Position numbers and translations under genes: made by a program
Shown here: one piece after another, positions 25,180 to 32,000 of the stretch
Position numbering within the stretch: the stretch's first letter is position 1
How the letters are laid out: the number at the start of each line of letters is the position of its first letter
The notes under the pieces: generated by a model
Seen by the model: only the letters and a program-made list of their open reading frames with translations
Databases searched by the model: none
What the model was told of the DNA's origin: nothing
Assembly (NCBI RefSeq): GCF_001457595.1
Contig: NZ_LN831039.1
Span: 4,950,001 to 4,982,000 of the forward strand
Length of the DNA stretch: 32,000 bases
Source: Mycolicibacterium smegmatis
Lineage (GTDB): Bacteria; Actinomycetota; Actinomycetes; Mycobacteriales; Mycobacteriaceae
Reading direction: 5' to 3'

Positions 25180-26052
25180 TCCGGCGAACAGCCGCTCGGC
25201 CGCGGTGTAGGCGTCGCTGCTGCCGTCGGCCACGGCCGCCGACAACCGGTCGAGGTCGGCGTGGTTGCGCAGCAGGGTCTGCGCGAGCGACAGGATCTGG
25301 CTGCGCGCCCGCGCGCGGCGCCGTTCGGGGGTGTCGGCGCGCTGGTGCGCCTCGATGGCCTCGATGAGTTCGTGCAGGCCGTCCCCCTGCGCGGCGACGA
25401 GTTTGAGCACTGGGACGTCGGTTTCGGCGCGCAGATCGCGGACCGTCTGGTCGGCGCCGTCACGATCGGCCTTGTTGACCACCACCAGATCGGCCACCTC
25501 GAGCACACCGGCCTTGGCGGCCTGCACGGCATCGCCCGCGCCGGGGTTGAGGATCACCACCGTGGGGTCGGCGATCGCGGCGATCTCGATCTCGGACTGC
25601 CCCACCCCCACGGTCTCCAGCACGATCAGGTCGTACGACAGCGCGGCCAGCAGGCGGATCGCCGCCGGGACGGCCGCGGCCAGCCCGCCGAGGTGCCCGC
25701 GTGCGGCCATCGACCGGATCAGCACGTCGGGGTCGTTGATGTGGGCGGCCATGCGGATGCGGTCACCGAGCAGTGCCCCGCCGCTGTAGGGCGACGAGGG
25801 GTCGACCGCGAGGACCGCGACCCGCAGCCCGCGTTCGCGATAGGCCCCCACCATGGCGCCCACCGTGGTCGACTTGCCCGCTCCCGGCGGTCCGGTCACA
25901 CCGATGACGCGCGGCGTCGCGGGCCCGAGCGCCGCGAGCACCTCACCGCGACGGTCGCTTTCGACCAGCGTGAGCAGCCGACCCACCGCGCGCATCGATC
26001 CGCCCCTGGCCGCGGTGATGAGCTCGGGTACATCGACGACGCCGTGGGGCAT
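25168..26052 (-). CDS. MeaB/ArgK-family G3E P-loop GTPase (methylmalonyl-CoA mutase chaperone-like), 294 aa
   Basis: The track ORF 25168-26967 is over-extended. ATG 26052 has an AGGAGAAAGA SD. Motifs: GVTGPPGAGKST (P-loop), DPSSPYSGGALLGDRIRM, ETVGVGQSE, NKAD. Confidence 0.85.
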   Translation of the reverse strand: MPHGVVDVPELITAARGGSMRAVGRLLTLVESDRRGEVLAALGPATPRVIGVTGPPGAGKSTTVGAMVGAYRERGLRVAVLAVDPSSPYSGGALLGDRIRMAAHINDPDVLIRSMAARGHLGGLAAAVPAAIRLLAALSYDLIVLETVGVGQSEIEIAAIADPTVVILNPGAGDAVQAAKAGVLEVADLVVVNKADRDGADQTVRDLRAETDVPVLKLVAAQGDGLHELIEAIEAHQRADTPERRRARARSQILSLAQTLLRNHADLDRLSAAVADGSSDAYTAAERLFAGSVD

Positions 26053-26076
26053 TCTTTCTCCTGGTTCACCGGGTAC

Positions 26077-26091
26077 GAGAATGTTATTCTC
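26077..26091. promoter_or_regulatory. Perfect palindrome GAGAAT-GTT-ATTCTC in the divergent meaB-like/SDR promoter region; candidate operator
   Basis: Read from the sequence. It lies 24 nt from the meaB-like ATG 26052 and 36 nt from the SDR ATG 26128. Confidence 0.65.
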
Positions 26092-26127
26092 CCCTCCTGA
26101 GAGTGATAGTTGCAAGGAGGGCAATTC

Positions 26128-26892
26128 ATGCAGATCGCCGGTACCTCCGCACTCGTCGTGGGCGGCACGGGTGGCCTCGGTGAGGCGACCGTGCGCCGAT
26201 TGCACGGCGCGGGCGCCAAGGTCGTCGTCGCCGATGTGGCCGACGACAAGGGCGCGGCGCTCGAGAAAGAACTCGGTATCCGATACGTGCGCACCGACGC
26301 GACCTCGGAGGAATCCGTGCTCGCCGCGATCGCCGAGGCGGAATCGCTCGCGCCGCTGCGCATCTCGGTCGACACGCACGGCGGCCCGGCCAGCGGTGGC
26401 CGGCTGGTGGGCAAGGACGGTTCCCCGCTGGACCTCGACGGGTTCAAGAAGACCATCGAGTTCTACCTCACCGCGGTGTTCAACGTCATGCGCCTGACGG
26501 CGGCCGCGATCGCCAGGACCGAACCCCTCGAAGAGGGTGGCCGCGGCGTCATCGTCAACACGGCGTCGATCGCGGGCTACGAGGGCCAGATCGGCCAGTT
26601 GCCGTACTCGGCCGCCAAGGGCGGTGTGCTGGGCATGACGCTCGTCGCCGCACGCGACCTGTCGCCGCTCGGCATCCGCGTCGTCACCATCGCCCCCGGC
26701 ACCATCAACACACCCGCCTACGGGCAGGCCGCCGATCAGCTCGAGCAGTACTGGGGCCCGCAGGTGCCTTTCCCCAAGCGCATGGGCCGGTCCACCGAAT
26801 ACGCCCAACTCGCGCAGAGCATCGTCGAGAACGACTATCTCAACGGCGAGGTGATCCGCCTCGACGGCGCGCTCCGCTTCCCGCCCAAGTGA
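26128..26892 (+). CDS. SDR, 3-hydroxyacyl-CoA dehydrogenase type-2 (HSD17B10)-like
   Basis: The track start 26110 is TTG. ATG 26128 has an AAGGAGGG SD. GRGVIVNTASIAGYEGQIGQLPYSAAKGGVLGMTLVAARDLSPLGIRVVTIAPG and the C-terminal YLNGEVIRLDGALRFPP closely parallel HSD17B10 as I recall it. Confidence 0.85.
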   Translation: MQIAGTSALVVGGTGGLGEATVRRLHGAGAKVVVADVADDKGAALEKELGIRYVRTDATSEESVLAAIAEAESLAPLRISVDTHGGPASGGRLVGKDGSPLDLDGFKKTIEFYLTAVFNVMRLTAAAIARTEPLEEGGRGVIVNTASIAGYEGQIGQLPYSAAKGGVLGMTLVAARDLSPLGIRVVTIAPGTINTPAYGQAADQLEQYWGPQVPFPKRMGRSTEYAQLAQSIVENDYLNGEVIRLDGALRFPPK

Positions 26893-26976
26893 CCAAGTGA
26901 CCCTCTTGCACCGCGAGCGTGCGCGCCTGCCTGCCGAAACGCCGCCCGCAAGCAGCACTTCACGCACCTTCGGTGT

Positions 26977-27756
26977 ATGACGAACGTGCGTGAAACGCCT
27001 AAGCCGTCAACACCCGGCAGTCTGGCCGGGAAGGTCGCCTTCGTCGCAGGTGCCAGCCGCGGTATCGGGGCCACCATCGCGACCGCGCTCGCGGCCGAGG
27101 GTGCGGCCGTCTCGGTCGCGGCCCGGTCCGAGCGTCCCGGCAAGCTGCCCGGCACGATCGACTCGGTGGCGTCGGCCATCACCGACGCAGGCGGCCACGC
27201 CCTCCCGGTCGTATGCGACGTCACCGACGAGCAGTCCGTCGAACGCGCTGTCGCCCAGACGGTCTCCGAACTCGGCGGCATCGACATCCTGGTCGCCAAC
27301 GCCGGTGTGCTGTGGCTCGGACCGATCGAGAACACCCCACTCAAACGCTGGCAGCTGTGCCTCGACGTCAACCTCACCGGGGTGTTCCTGGTGACCAAAG
27401 CGGTGATCCCCCACGTGCGCGCCCGCGGCGGCGGATCGCTCATCGCGATCACCACCACGGGCGTCGACATGGTCGAGCACGGATCCAACGCCTACTGGGT
27501 GTCCAAGGCCGCCACCGAACGGCTCTACACGGGTCTCGCAGCCGATCTGCGTGACGACAACATCGCGGTCAACTGCCTGAGCCCGTCGCGCGTCGTGCTG
27601 ACCGAGGGCTGGCAGGCCGGCGGCGGCGGGCTCAAGATCCCGCCCGAGATGATCGAACCGCCCGAGGCGATGGCGCGCGCGGCCGTGCTGCTCGCGCAAC
27701 AGGACGGCACCGGCGTGACCGGCACCGTGCAGCGCTCCGAGGCGCTCACGCTCTGA
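26977..27756 (+). CDS. SDR family oxidoreductase, HSDL2-like
   Basis: GKVAFVAGASRGIGATIA...AARSERPGKLPGTIDSVASAITDAGGHALPVVCDVTDEQSV...GGIDILVANAG parallels the HSDL2 SDR domain. YWVSK is present. The start has no clear SD. Confidence 0.75.
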   Translation: MTNVRETPKPSTPGSLAGKVAFVAGASRGIGATIATALAAEGAAVSVAARSERPGKLPGTIDSVASAITDAGGHALPVVCDVTDEQSVERAVAQTVSELGGIDILVANAGVLWLGPIENTPLKRWQLCLDVNLTGVFLVTKAVIPHVRARGGGSLIAITTTGVDMVEHGSNAYWVSKAATERLYTGLAADLRDDNIAVNCLSPSRVVLTEGWQAGGGGLKIPPEMIEPPEAMARAAVLLAQQDGTGVTGTVQRSEALTL

Positions 27757-27763
27757 CGAACCG

Positions 27764-28531
27764 CTAGTTCTTACGCGCGTTGAGGCCCGCGACGATGGCC
27801 TTGAAGTCCTCGGTTCGGAACGACTGCTCCTCGGCGGTGTTGCCGAAGTCGAGCGTCGCCAGCACGGCCTGCTCCATGTGCAGGTTGAGCAGCCGTTTGG
27901 TGGCCTCCAGCGACTGCCGTGGCAGCTTGGCCATCTTCTGCGCGGCCTCGATGGCCTCGGCCACCGGATCGTCCGAAAGGTGGTTGGCCAGGCCCAGTTC
28001 CACGGCCCGCTGCGCCGGGATGCGCGCACCGGTCAGCGCGTACTCCTTGGCCAGCAGCAGGCTGATGTGCAGCGGCCACGTGATGGGACCGCCGTCGGCG
28101 GCGACCAGACCCACCTGCACGTGCGGGTCGGCGAGGTAGGCCTGCGGCGCGATGTAGACGATGTCGCTCAATGCCACGAGGCTGCAACCCAATCCGACCG
28201 CGGGCCCGTTGACCGCGGCGACCACGGGCACGCGGCAGCGCGTCATCCCCAGCACGATCTCACGCCCGTGCAGGATGGTCTTGGCCCGTAGTTTGGGATC
28301 CTCACCGAGCTCCTGCAGGTACGCGAAATCACCACCTGCCGAGAACGCGCGACCCGCACCCGTGATCACGGCCGCGCGTGCGTCGTAGTCCTCCGACAAA
28401 CGCGTCCACAGGTGCGCGAGGCCCTCGTGCAACGAGTCGTTGACGGCGTTGAGGGCCTCGGGCCGGTTGAGGGTGATGACGCGGATGTCCCCCTCGGCGC
28501 GCACCTCGATTTCGTCTGGCATTCCGTACAT
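27764..28531 (-). CDS. Enoyl-CoA hydratase/isomerase (crotonase) family protein
   Basis: The track ORF 27764-28633 is over-extended. ATG 28531 lies 4 nt after the ACAD stop. Motifs: IRVITLNRPEALNAV, VITGAGRAFSAGGDF, VAAVNGPAVGLGCSLVALSDI. Confidence 0.85.
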   Translation of the reverse strand: MYGMPDEIEVRAEGDIRVITLNRPEALNAVNDSLHEGLAHLWTRLSEDYDARAAVITGAGRAFSAGGDFAYLQELGEDPKLRAKTILHGREIVLGMTRCRVPVVAAVNGPAVGLGCSLVALSDIVYIAPQAYLADPHVQVGLVAADGGPITWPLHISLLLAKEYALTGARIPAQRAVELGLANHLSDDPVAEAIEAAQKMAKLPRQSLEATKRLLNLHMEQAVLATLDFGNTAEEQSFRTEDFKAIVAGLNARKN

Positions 28532-28535
28532 TCGG

Positions 28536-29624
28536 TCAAACTCCCAATCCGAGGATGCGTGAGGCGATGATGTTCTTCTGGATCTGCGAGGTGCCGCCCA
28601 TGACGCTCTGGGCGCGGCTGTACAGGTAGGCACTGAGCAGTTCGGGATCCGAGGTCCCGCTGACCGCGAGCGCGGCGTGCCCGACCGACTGTTCGACCCA
28701 CGTCATGAGCAGTTTGTCGAGCGACCCTTGCGGACCGTGCTTGAGCCCGTCGAGTTGTTCGGACAACCGGCGCCGCACGTGCAGGCGCAGCATCTCGGCC
28801 TGCACCGCGGCCCACGCCAGATCCTGGGGCGCACGTCCCTCGACGCGGGACGCCATCTCGCGCACCAGCTTTCCGTAGCGTGCGGAGTAGCCGAGCGTCG
28901 ACGGTTCGCGTTCGTGGCTGACGACGGTCATCGCCAGCGCCCAGCCCTCACCGGGCGCTCCCACCATGTGCGACGCGGGCACCACCGCGTTGTCGAATGT
29001 CACCTGACCGAACTCGGTGGTGACGCCGTTGATCATCTTGAGCGGACGCTGCTGGATGCCGTCCTGGTGCATCGAGATGATGAACGCCGAGATGCCCTTG
29101 TGGCGCGGCACATCCTTGTCGGTGCGCGCCAGCAGCAGGCACCAGTCGGCGACGTCGGAGTAGCTGGTCCAGATCTTGTGGCCGTTGATGATGTAGTTGT
29201 CGCCGTCGCGCGTGGCCGTGGTGATCAGCGACGCCAGGTCCGACCCGGCACCCGGCTCAGAGAAGCCCTGGCACCACCGCTCGGTGCCGTTGATCATGCC
29301 GGGCAGGAACCGCTGCTGCAGTTCCTTGCTGCCGTGGTGTCCCAGGCCGACGACGAGATAGCCGAGGCTGGGCCGCGGCGGCGCACCGGCGCGCGCGAGT
29401 TCCTCGTCGACGATCACGTCGTAGACGGGCGGCAAATCCTGCCCGCCGAACTCGTTGGGCCACGACGTGCCGAAAAACCCTGCGCCGTACAGGGCCTGGT
29501 GCCACTCCCCCTGACGGGCCCAGTAGTCGTCGCCGGAGGCCTTGAACGACGCGGCGTTGTCGGCCAGCCAGGACCGCAACCGGTCGCGGAAGGCCGCTTC
29601 CTCGGGTGAATCACGAAAATCCAA
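28536..29624 (-). CDS. Acyl-CoA dehydrogenase, full three-domain (alpha-type) subunit
   Basis: CQGFSEPGAGSDLASL, INGHKIWTSY, and C-terminal GGTSQIQKNIIASRILGL. The TTG start at 29624 has a GGAGG SD 9 nt upstream. It overlaps the upstream ACAD gene by 14 nt. Confidence 0.85.
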   Translation of the reverse strand: MDFRDSPEEAAFRDRLRSWLADNAASFKASGDDYWARQGEWHQALYGAGFFGTSWPNEFGGQDLPPVYDVIVDEELARAGAPPRPSLGYLVVGLGHHGSKELQQRFLPGMINGTERWCQGFSEPGAGSDLASLITTATRDGDNYIINGHKIWTSYSDVADWCLLLARTDKDVPRHKGISAFIISMHQDGIQQRPLKMINGVTTEFGQVTFDNAVVPASHMVGAPGEGWALAMTVVSHEREPSTLGYSARYGKLVREMASRVEGRAPQDLAWAAVQAEMLRLHVRRRLSEQLDGLKHGPQGSLDKLLMTWVEQSVGHAALAVSGTSDPELLSAYLYSRAQSVMGGTSQIQKNIIASRILGLGV

Positions 29625-30441
29625 GATCCGAAACCTCCAAGTCCTCCAGTCCGACGGGCCACAGTTCAGTCGAGGTCAGCGCGCGGCGCAGATACACGTG
29701 TGCCAGGCATTCCCACGTGTTGCCGATACCGCCGTGCACCTGAATGGCGGTCTCGCACACCGTGCGCGCCGCACGCGCGCAGTACACCTTCGCGATCCGG
29801 CCGGCCCGCACGGCCTCATCGGGTTCGAGTTCGTCGACACCCCACGCGGCGTGGCGCAGCACGCTGATCGAACCCTCGATGAGCGCGAGACCTTCGGCCA
29901 ACAGGTGCGCGACGGCCTGGTACGAGCCGATGGTCGAGCCGTACTGTTCCCGCACCTTCGCGTAGTCGACGGCAAGGGCGTGGGCGCCGCGCGCGGCACC
30001 GACCAGATCCGCGCTCGTCGCCGCGAGCGCCAGCGCATGCCAGCGGGCCGCGTCGCCGGCACGCAACTCCGAGAGCTCGGCAGGCGACTGGAGCACGCCC
30101 GCAGCGCTGTTGGTGAGGTCGACACCCGCGGTGCCCGCGGCAGCGTCGGGCACCGCGACCGCACGGCCGAGCCGCTGTGCGAGGTCGTCGGCGAGGATCG
30201 GCCCGAGGAACGGCACGTCGACGAGCCCGCGGGCGAATTCCTCCGCGACGATCGCCACCTCCACACCGGACGCGCCGTCGGATCGCAGCGTGCGCCACTC
30301 GGTGGCGGCCACCGTGTTCTCCAACCGCGCGATGCGGCCGCGGTCCTCCAGTTCGTGGACCGAGCCCGGTCCGAGGTCGTCGGCCAGTTTGGCAGCGGCC
30401 TCTCGCAGCTGCTGCTGTTCAGCCGTCAGACGGACGTCCAT
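29611..30441 (-). CDS. Truncated acyl-CoA dehydrogenase-like protein (beta-type subunit), 276 aa
   Basis: It has an N-terminal helical ACAD domain and a C-terminal domain (VDYAKVREQYGSTIGSYQAVAHLLAE, IQVHGGIGNTWE). Only about 35 residues occupy the place of the ~110-aa middle beta-domain. The ATG 30441 overlaps the synthetase 3' end by 23 nt. Confidence 0.8.
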   Translation of the reverse strand: MDVRLTAEQQQLREAAAKLADDLGPGSVHELEDRGRIARLENTVAATEWRTLRSDGASGVEVAIVAEEFARGLVDVPFLGPILADDLAQRLGRAVAVPDAAAGTAGVDLTNSAAGVLQSPAELSELRAGDAARWHALALAATSADLVGAARGAHALAVDYAKVREQYGSTIGSYQAVAHLLAEGLALIEGSISVLRHAAWGVDELEPDEAVRAGRIAKVYCARAARTVCETAIQVHGGIGNTWECLAHVYLRRALTSTELWPVGLEDLEVSDLGFS

Positions 30442-31789
30442 GCCGCTCCTTCAGCACTCGTCGCAATACCTTTCCGGAAGGCAAGCGGGGTATCTCGGTT
30501 ACGAATTCGACGCGGCGGGGCCGCTTGTACGACGCGAGCCGCGACCCGACGAGGTCGATGAGTTCCTCGGCGGACACCTCGGCACACGTGGCCACGGCCG
30601 CGACCACGGCCTCTCCGTCGGTGTCGTGCGGTTCGCCGAACACCGCGCAGTCGGCGACGGCGGGATGCCCGTGCAGCACGGCCTCCACCTCGGCCGGGGC
30701 GACCTGGAATCCGCGCACCTTGACCATCTCCTTGGCACGGTCGGTGACGTGCAGATACCCGTCGTCGTCGAGGAATCCGATGTCGCCTGTGCGGTACCAG
30801 CCGTCGTCGAAGGCGCCCCCGGTGGCGGACTCGGGTAGGTAGCCGCACATGGCCGATGGTGAACACACCTGGATCTCGCCGGTATCCGCGATGCGCACCC
30901 GTACGCCGCGCACCGGTTTGCCGACGGTCTCGATCCTGGTGTCGTCCAGCGGGTTACACGCGATCACGGGCAGTTCGGTGGTGCCGTATGCGGTGAGCCA
31001 CCGGATCCCGGCACGCGCGGTGATGTCCTCGGCGACGCTGCGCGTGACCGGCGTCGCACACCACATCACGAACCGCAGCGACGACAGGTCGAACCGCTCC
31101 AGGCCGGGATGTGCGGCCAGCGCCAGAGCGATGGGCGCGACGGCCATCTCGATCGTGATGCCGTCGGATTCGATGTGACGCAACATGGTTTCGACGTCGA
31201 ACCGGGGGTGCAGTCGCATCCAGGCGCCGGTGTCGAGCACCATCGCGATGTTGAGCAGGCCCAGGATGTGCGACGGCGGGGTCATGATCTGCATGCGGTC
31301 GGCCGCGGTGAGGCCGAGCGCGTCGCGCCAGTGCTCGATGGCCGCGGCGAACCCGGCGTGGCTGTGGCGCACGGCTTTAGGCATGCCCGTGGTGCCGGAG
31401 CTGAACACGAACAGCGCGTCGGCATCGGGAGCCACTGCGGGGCCGGGGCGTTCGCCGGGTGTGATCGGCTCGTCGAGGTGCACCATCGGCAGGTGTTCGG
31501 CGAGCAGCGGTTGGTCGCCGACCGCGTGGTTTGCACGTGTGAGTTCCAGTGCATGGGCGATCTCGGTGGTTTTCCACGCCGGGCTGATGAGGACCGCGGC
31601 GGCACCGAGGCGCCAGATCGCGCGTAGGGCGATGACGAATTCGGGCCGGTTCGACGACATCATCGCGACCCGGTCTCCCGGTCCGACGCCACGCTGCGCC
31701 AACGTCGCGGCCATGCCGCCGGCGAGCGCGTCGAGTTCGGTGAGGGTGTACTCGCGGTCGCCGAACGCCAGCACGGCGGACTCACCCAT
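30419..31789 (-). CDS. Acyl-CoA synthetase / AMP-dependent ligase (FadD-like, short form)
   Basis: AMP-binding motifs FSSGTTGMPKAV, YGTTE, WYRTGD and KVRGFQV, plus the C-terminal PRLPSGKVLRR. ATG 31789 has a GGTGAGG SD-like motif. GTG 31798 (track) is an alternative. Confidence 0.85.
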   Translation of the reverse strand: MGESAVLAFGDREYTLTELDALAGGMAATLAQRGVGPGDRVAMMSSNRPEFVIALRAIWRLGAAAVLISPAWKTTEIAHALELTRANHAVGDQPLLAEHLPMVHLDEPITPGERPGPAVAPDADALFVFSSGTTGMPKAVRHSHAGFAAAIEHWRDALGLTAADRMQIMTPPSHILGLLNIAMVLDTGAWMRLHPRFDVETMLRHIESDGITIEMAVAPIALALAAHPGLERFDLSSLRFVMWCATPVTRSVAEDITARAGIRWLTAYGTTELPVIACNPLDDTRIETVGKPVRGVRVRIADTGEIQVCSPSAMCGYLPESATGGAFDDGWYRTGDIGFLDDDGYLHVTDRAKEMVKVRGFQVAPAEVEAVLHGHPAVADCAVFGEPHDTDGEAVVAAVATCAEVSAEELIDLVGSRLASYKRPRRVEFVTEIPRLPSGKVLRRVLKERHGRPSDG

Positions 31790-31879
31790 GAGCCTCACCT
31801 GCCGTTTCCACCAGCGCTGACCTCTCGTGACGCGTACCCGCCGCAGCGATGCGACGGCGAGAAGATACTATCATTTCCG

Positions 31880-31894
31880 GAGAATGCTATTCTC
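31880..31894. promoter_or_regulatory. Perfect palindrome GAGAAT-GCT-ATTCTC in the divergent promoter region between the acyl-CoA synthetase operon and the next plus-strand gene
   Basis: Read from the sequence. It lies 34 nt upstream of ATG 31929 and 90 nt upstream of ATG 31789. It is flanked by a degenerate copy GAAGATACTATCATTTC (31861-31877). The half-site AGAATGCTA is repeated at 31903-31911. Confidence 0.65.
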
Positions 31895-31928
31895 GTTACA
31901 TCAGAATGCTAGTGCGCAGGGGAGCTCG

Positions 31929-32000
31929 ATGACGGCAGAACCAGTACCCACCGCGGAGCCCGGCGGGAAGGTGACCATCCTGTTCGAGCGTGAGCGGGTG
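31929..32000 (+). CDS. 5' end of an unidentified protein-coding gene (24 codons visible; possibly crotonase-like)
   Basis: The ATG is preceded by an AGGGGAG SD. The visible sequence is MTAEPVPTAEPGGKVTILFERERV with GC3-rich codons. This is too short for a family call. Confidence 0.45.
   Translation, partial: MTAEPVPTAEPGGKVTILFERERV

Noticed and set aside
26053-26967. 305-codon upstream extension of the MeaB-like ORF (track 25168-26967)
   Set aside because: The extension is antisense to the well-supported HSD17B10-like SDR and crosses the operator and SD. The MeaB family sequence starts at ATG 26052, which has a strong SD.
1-32000. Search for RNA genes, CRISPR arrays, IS elements/transposases/integrases, prophage genes, toxin-antitoxin or defence systems, and long direct or terminal inverted repeats
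   Set aside because: None seen by eye. Every gap longer than 40 nt is accounted for as a promoter or leader region, and all supported ORFs are metabolic or regulatory. A tRNAscan/Infernal/ISfinder/defence-finder run would be needed to exclude small or degenerate elements.

Overview
High-GC actinobacterial (Mycobacteriaceae/Nocardiaceae-like) chromosomal DNA. The window is almost fully coding and purely catabolic. I support 31 protein-coding genes, two of them truncated by the window edges. I saw no rRNA, tRNA, CRISPR array, IS/transposase, integrase, toxin-antitoxin or recognisable defence gene. Starts were refined from the ORF track using SD-like motifs, gene-to-gene coupling and N-terminal family signatures. 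Many track ORFs are over-extended, and many are antisense artefacts of GC-rich DNA.

Transcription units:
1. Divergent crotonase / TetR pair (1-1323).
2. Mycofactocin-type SDR behind an unusually long, low-GC 350-bp leader (1324-2519).
3. A tightly coupled 9-gene minus-strand operon (12486->2529): tetR, 3Fe-4S ferredoxin, P450, amidohydrolase_2, an intact M24 hydrolase, a metal-site-degenerate M24 paralogue, an atypical crotonase, a fused double family-III CoA-transferase and an SDR.
4. A 10-gene minus-strand operon (22668->12597). It starts with mhpC-mhpA-mhpB (3-hydroxyphenylpropionate meta-cleavage). It continues not with mhpDEF but with a KstD-like flavoprotein, an LLM oxidoreductase, a 3alpha-HSD-like SDR, a cyclase-family protein, a second meta-cleavage-product hydrolase and another SDR.
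5. Divergent IclR regulator plus a second KstD-like flavoprotein (22799-25179).
6. An orphan MeaB/ArgK GTPase (25168-26052).
7. HSD17B10-like and HSDL2-like SDRs (26128-27756).
8. A beta-oxidation-type operon (31789->27764): acyl-CoA synthetase, a truncated ACAD beta-type subunit, an ACAD alpha-type subunit and a crotonase.

Most interesting signals:
- One perfect 15-bp palindrome, GAGAAT-N3-ATTCTC, occurs in four different promoter regions spread over 31 kb, with two relaxed copies in the 350-bp leader. This implies a single, unassigned regulon tying these units together.
- The P450/amidohydrolase/M24-pair/CoA-transferase operon matches no pathway I recognise.
- The mhp core is grafted onto steroid-type enzymes.

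All functional calls come from by-eye motif and family recognition. No database search was run.
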